NCBI GenBank assembly: GCA_029571225.1
Contig: JAKPTF010000061.1
Location: 3,051-67,050, forward strand
Length of the DNA stretch: 64,000 nucleotides
Reading direction: 5' to 3'
Source: Candidatus Omnitrophota bacterium
GTDB lineage: Bacteria > Omnitrophota > Gorgyraeia > Gygaellales > Profunditerraquicolaceae
In this document: piece by piece, positions 62,859-64,000 of the stretch
How the letters are laid out: each line of letters begins with the position of its first letter
Position numbering within the stretch: the first letter of the stretch is position 1
Notes under the pieces: generated by a model
The model's database searches: none
What the model was told of the DNA's origin: nothing
What the model saw: only the letters and a program-made list of their open reading frames with translations
Position numbers and translations under genes: made by a program

Positions 62859-62931
62859 AAAAAAAGGGGTCAGACACAATTAAATTATCCACAGAGTTAT
62901 TAACATTTAATTGTGTCTGACCCCTTTTTTT
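62859..62931. repeat. 27-bp perfect inverted repeat with 19-nt spacer
   Basis: AAAAAAAGGGGTCAGACACAATTAAAT (62859-62885) pairs with ATTTAATTGTGTCTGACCCCTTTTTTT (62905-62931). An extra direct copy of AAAAAAAGGGGTC lies at 62844-62856. Confidence 0.95.
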
Positions 62932-62939
62932 GATACAAT
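62911..62939 (+). promoter_or_regulatory. Possible promoter (TTGTGT-N17-TGaTACAAT) ending 7 nt before ATG 62947
   Basis: Lies inside the right arm of the palindrome. TTGTGTctgacccctttttttgaTACAATgcaggacATG. Confidence 0.4.
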
Positions 62940-62946
62940 GCAGGAC

Positions 62947-63687
62947 ATGGACAAAACGCACGTCAAAAGAGTCGGAATAACCGGATCAGCGGGGAACATC
63001 GGCTCGACGCTCCAGAAAGGGCTTTGCGACAAATACGACCTGTGCCTGTACGATATGCGCGACGCCAGGCCTGTCTGCAAGGCGTTCTTCAAAAAGATCG
63101 ACTTCGCCCAGCGCGGCCAGCTCGACGGCGTGTTCAACGGGCTGGATGCGCTTATCCACCTTGCGGGAAACCCTCATCCTGACGCTCCGCGGGCTCAAAC
63201 CTACCGGAATAATTTTGAAGCCACGAGTTATGTCTTTGAGGAAGCGCGAAAGGCGGGGGTCAGGAAGATCGTGTACGCCAGCTCGAATTTCTACCACGAG
63301 GCGGCGATCGCGCAGATACTCGACGGGTCCATGCGCCAGAAGATCACCCTGGATATGGCGCCGAGCCCCATATCGCTCTATGGAGAATCAAAGGTATACG
63401 GAGAATCGCTCGGCAGGCACCTGGCATATCTGGGAATGCAGTTCGTCGCGCTGCGCATCGGCTGGACCGTTCCCCAGGACGATCCTTCTTTGTACGGCGG
63501 CGCGTACATGCGCGCCGTATTCTGCTCAAAACGGGATCTTGTCACGGCCTTTGACAGGGCCCTTCAGGTCCAGACAACGTTCATGCCCGCCTTTGTCACA
63601 AGCAACAATACGCATAATGTCTTTGACCTTGCCGAAACAAAAAGGACGCTCGGGTTCGAGCCTCAGGACAACGCTGAAAATTATTGA
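62947..63687 (+). CDS. NAD(P)-dependent epimerase/dehydratase-family (extended SDR) protein
   Basis: Rossmann motif VGITGSAGNIGSTL near the N-terminus, plus YGESK (YxxxK). Start uncertain: TTG 62911 (track), ATG 62938 or ATG 62947. The last is chosen because the only promoter-like signal ends at 62939. Confidence 0.7.
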   Translation: MDKTHVKRVGITGSAGNIGSTLQKGLCDKYDLCLYDMRDARPVCKAFFKKIDFAQRGQLDGVFNGLDALIHLAGNPHPDAPRAQTYRNNFEATSYVFEEARKAGVRKIVYASSNFYHEAAIAQILDGSMRQKITLDMAPSPISLYGESKVYGESLGRHLAYLGMQFVALRIGWTVPQDDPSLYGGAYMRAVFCSKRDLVTAFDRALQVQTTFMPAFVTSNNTHNVFDLAETKRTLGFEPQDNAENY

Positions 63688-63702
63688 TTGAATATCCGGG
63701 CG

Positions 63703-64000
63703 CTACGAACCTGACGCGCCGAAGATTTCGTCGATCCGCTGGACCAGCTCTTTTGGCGAGATGGGTTTCTGGATAAAATAATGACCGCCGACGCGGCCCG
63801 CCTGCTGCTTCAATCCGTCATTCGTCACCAACGACTGCAGGAAAACCATGGGAATGGCTATCGCAGTCACGAACACGATCGTGATCCCCCGGGTCGTTTC
63901 ATCCTCGCATAAAATCTGGGCGGCTTCGGTGCCTTCCATGTCGGGCATCATGACATCAAGGAGTATCATGTCCGGTTTGTTCATTTTGGCAAGCTCAATG
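63703..64000 (-). CDS. Response-regulator receiver domain protein, C-terminal part (5' end beyond the window)
   Basis: Frame stays open to the window end (...ELAKMNKPDMILLDVMMPDMEGTEAAQIL...VFVTAI...GGHYFIQKPISPKELVQRI). Confidence 0.7.
   Translation of the reverse strand, partial: IELAKMNKPDMILLDVMMPDMEGTEAAQILCEDETTRGITIVFVTAIAIPMVFLQSLVTNDGLKQQAGRVGGHYFIQKPISPKELVQRIDEIFGASGS

Noticed and set aside
1-64000. Search for tRNA, rRNA, CRISPR, transposase/integrase or prophage genes
   Set aside because: All intergenic gaps are under 270 nt and none shows a cloverleaf-like or rRNA-like sequence. No ORF has transposase, integrase or phage hallmark motifs. The htpG flanking repeats alone are insufficient to call a mobile element.

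Overview
64 kb of moderately GC-rich bacterial chromosome, probably an uncultivated Gram-negative lineage. PEP-CTERM, SUMF1, DUF1566 and many SpoIIE/STAS genes suggest a PVC/Omnitrophota-like organism, but taxonomy cannot be settled from this sequence. About 50 of 52 genes lie on the minus strand in very tight operons with many ATGA start/stop overlaps. No rRNA, tRNA, CRISPR array, transposase or integrase was seen. Contents in coordinate order: a truncated HyfB/NuoL-type antiporter-like subunit that is missing from the ORF track because it runs off the edge; a complete MoxR-DUF58-BatA-E aerotolerance-type operon; a lower-GC htpG flanked by repeats; REC/PAS and CheY-like regulators; a GT-C glycosyltransferase plus flavoprotein; a two-partner-secretion locus; a TpsB-FecR-OMP-CHASE2 adenylate cyclase operon; a K+ channel; two SUMF1/FGE proteins; an MFS transporter; DUF1566; a DJ-1/glyoxalase/tautomerase/cupin/TPP cluster; and a dense partner-switching region. 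In the secretion locus the TpsB carries one in-frame TAG, the TpsA is 2050 aa with an embedded LamG-like domain, and a PEP-CTERM protein follows. The partner-switching region holds 4 STAS genes, 2 RsbW-type kinase domains and 3 PP2C phosphatases with CHASE2, Cache/HAMP or cNMP sensors, a second FecR gene and a multi-PAS histidine kinase. These are interleaved with glgX and an AGE-family epimerase, and no sigma factor gene is present. Best candidates for undescribed biology: the repeated FecR-CHASE2 unit (once with an orphan TpsB and an OMP), a kinase-cNMP-phosphatase single-chain partner-switch enzyme, and STAS genes translationally coupled to glycogen enzymes. All function calls come from motif recognition by eye; no searches were run. 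Several starts were trimmed relative to the ORF track.
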